Part shown: positions 61,481 through 64,000 of the stretch, one piece after another
How positions within the stretch are numbered: position 1 is the first letter of the stretch
How the letters are laid out: every line of letters begins with the position of its first letter
NCBI GenBank assembly: GCA_051294905.1
Contig: CM119372.1
Span: 18,478,001 to 18,542,000 of the forward strand
Origin: Botryllus schlosseri
Lineage: Eukaryota
Reading direction: 5' to 3'
Length of the DNA stretch: 64,000 nucleotides
The notes under the pieces: model-generated
What the model saw: the letters and a program-made list of their open reading frames with translations, nothing else
Told to the model about the DNA's origin: nothing
Database searches by the model: none
Translations under genes and position numbers: made by a program

Positions 61481-62493
61481 TAGGGATGGTGTGAACCTCT
61501 GAAAGGTTCAGGTTCGTGTGAACGCGAACCTTTTTGAAAGGTTCTGTGTGAACACGAACGTGAACCTCATGACGTCACGTGACGTCATATTACTAATTCC
61601 AACCCTATCTTTCAGTGAAGTGAAAGCCTATATTAATGTACAATTATACACGATACTTAGCGACGGACTCGTGCCTTATAATGCCACAATTCCAAAGTAC
61701 ATATTGGCGTTTCAAACGTCGCTAAATGTATCAACTGAGGCAATTAAAGGATATAATACTCCCATAAACCAATATCTTCCGTCGCTTTGCCAACAATTTC
61801 GATGAGGACTTACCAGGGAATATAAGCTTACGCCTGAACGGTCTAGACCAGACAGGACAATGAACTCGGCGTCTGAGTATCGCTACAACTACATTGATAT
61901 TGAGCTGAGTGTAAAACGGCCTTCTATACTTGCTTTAAATATTATCGCATTAACAAGTTATACACTATACAGCAGTAGCCAACACCTCAATTGCATGGAT
62001 TTAGTTTTAATGATGCAGTAAAGATATGGAGTCAAGATTGACCCCGTACGCATGCAAGATTATGTTTCATCAGAAAACGATATCAATCTCATTGATTGGT
62101 TGAATAAGAATCATTCGCTGACTACGTATTTCCCTCATGATGTTGTGTGATGGCGGGTCAAACTCACAACAGCGAGTCACTAAATATTCACAAACGGAAG
62201 GATGGATATTTCGAGCAAACTTTTGTAACATAGCAAGTCAAACTTTTGAGATTATCAAGGTGCGTGCTCGTTTAGTGTTGATTTTTAATGCTGCCAGAAC
62301 CATGCATAGAGTGGCGCGCAGTTGAAATGCAATAATTATGAACCAAAGATGTTATAATGAAATGAAAATTGTAATATATGAAAAAGGTTCACAGTGCAGA
62401 ACCTACCAAGGTTCTGTTGTGAACGCGAACCTCTAAATGTCCGAGGTTCACACACAGAACGCGAACGTGAACCTCACGTTCACACCATCCCTA
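61481..62493. mobile_element. MITE, TAGGGATGGTGTGAAC family
   Basis: Collinear with 12722-13742 over its full length; TSD degenerate. Confidence 0.92.
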
Positions 62494-63611
62494 TATACAC
62501 ATATACATTATACATGTATCTGTACTAATACCCTGGAGTCTTGTCTATACCCGCGTGTTCAAGCAACTCTATTGTAGGCTACAATTAGTATACTATATGT
62601 TGGTATATGGTGCAATCGAAGTAAATTTTTACTCTGCAGTAATTCGGTCAAGGTTCCACCTTGGTGTGCAGTATCCCGGACATTAGTCGGAATGATGGTC
62701 ACCTACCTACCCCACTAAAATCAACGGTATAAATTTAGTACTACTCAAATTGGGCTGTAATTTCAACCTACAGATTCGGACCGGATTAGAAATCAATCTA
62801 TAGGTCAGGGGTTCTTAACGGGGAGTACTTGTACGGCTTGAGGTATACGAAGAACCAAAGCACAGGGTACGATATGCAGTGCAAAATTTCTGAATAATCT
62901 GTAACAAGTAACTGTTTTATCGCTGGACACAATGACTCGAATCCGAATTAAGTTTTAATTGTCCTACTCATCGGAGTGGCGTAATGAGAGTCAATTTTTT
63001 CGAATATACTGAATACACGCCTCTTTACAATATATGTTATATTGTCAACAGAATGATAGTTTCGATACTTATCACAGCATCCAAAATATAGGGTACAAAG
63101 CTACGCACCCATACGTGGAAAATACTTTGCTGTGAAATCGTAATCAGTCCACACCAATGTCAAAAAGTCTAGCGACATGGTATTATCTTTAATACGGCGC
63201 GGAACAGTCAATATTTTCTTTGTGGTTATAAAAAAGTCACGTATTTTAACTTTCTTCGCCGTTCTTACTGTTATGACGGCATAAGGCGTGATATTCGAAT
63301 ACTGAACTCAAAGCCCAATACTGGATTCGGGATGGAATCACTATAGGTACCCTAACCGTAAAAGTCAAGAAGGGTGGTTTTGTATTATGATTTCATAGTG
63401 CAGACCTCATTTCGACACGATCATTGACGATAATCGGCAACAAAAGGAAGTCATCAGTAAATTGAATGACCGATTATATTGGTGTGCTGTTGATGTCGTG
63501 AAACTTTCAAGACTGTTTTAGTGTATGCATTCAACATGTAAGTTATAAACACATTGAGTATAAATCATATTACTACAATTTAATGTTATTTACGACGGTT
63601 ATTGTCTAGAC

Positions 63612-63959
63612 CAGTGGCTCCCAACCTTTGCTACTCATCGCTCCCTTACCAATCTCGACGCACATTTTCGCCTCCCATATTTACAGATCCCAAAAGATAA
63701 CGTATAATCGGGAAATTTATTCACCTAACTCTGATTGCTGATGAATTTACTAAAAAATGTGGTATATGCTCGAAAACCCGGTTTCCGCGTCTACTTTCCG
63801 TTGAGTTGACCTATTTTTTCGCTTCGTATGCATTTTTACCGTGTTATTTGAATATGTCTCAATGGGCGTTCTAACATTATCGCCCCCCTCCCAGTCGCCT
63901 CCTTTGGTATTTTCGCCCCCCTTGTTTCTCAGAAGAATCGCTCACGTTGGGAAACACTG
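63612..63959. mobile_element. hAT MITE with TCGCC repeats
   Basis: CAGTGGCTCCCAAC / GTTGGGAAACACTG ends; TSD GTCTAGAC / GTCTAGGC; related to 39108. Confidence 0.85.
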
Positions 63960-64000
63960 GTCTAGGCGGGTTCGAGAACATTTCCAGAAAGCTCAAGGGT

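Overview
Eukaryotic, repeat-dense window from an invertebrate animal. It has spliceosomal GT-AG introns and a tight 61-65 nt minimal-intron class; a tunicate-like genome is a guess, not shown. There are two clear genes on the + strand. One is a 15-coding-exon peroxisomal acyl-CoA oxidase (ACOX1-like, 13975-32689, 663 aa by my hand splice, C-terminal PTS1 -AKL). The other is an intronless BTB-BACK gene (BTBD19-like, 47293-48180). A probable first coding exon of a third gene lies at 57199-57277. Most of the rest is transposon-derived: over 25 non-autonomous hAT-like MITEs with 8-bp TSDs (often nested), a decayed Academ DNA transposon in ACOX1 intron 1, a Penelope-like retroelement relic with an inverted pLTR carrying a minimal hammerhead ribozyme motif, CR1/L2-type LINE 3' ends, tRNA-derived SINEs and a 593-bp foldback element. 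The less expected patterns are a TGACGTCA palindrome about 90-110 bp inside four unrelated TAGGG-ended MITE families, a CGCGC-NNA-GCGCG mini-hairpin shared across unrelated elements, and MITEs with the same ends but unrelated interiors. I found no CRISPR array, rRNA or true tRNA gene. All coordinates and alignments were read by eye, and family names come from recalled motifs rather than database searches.
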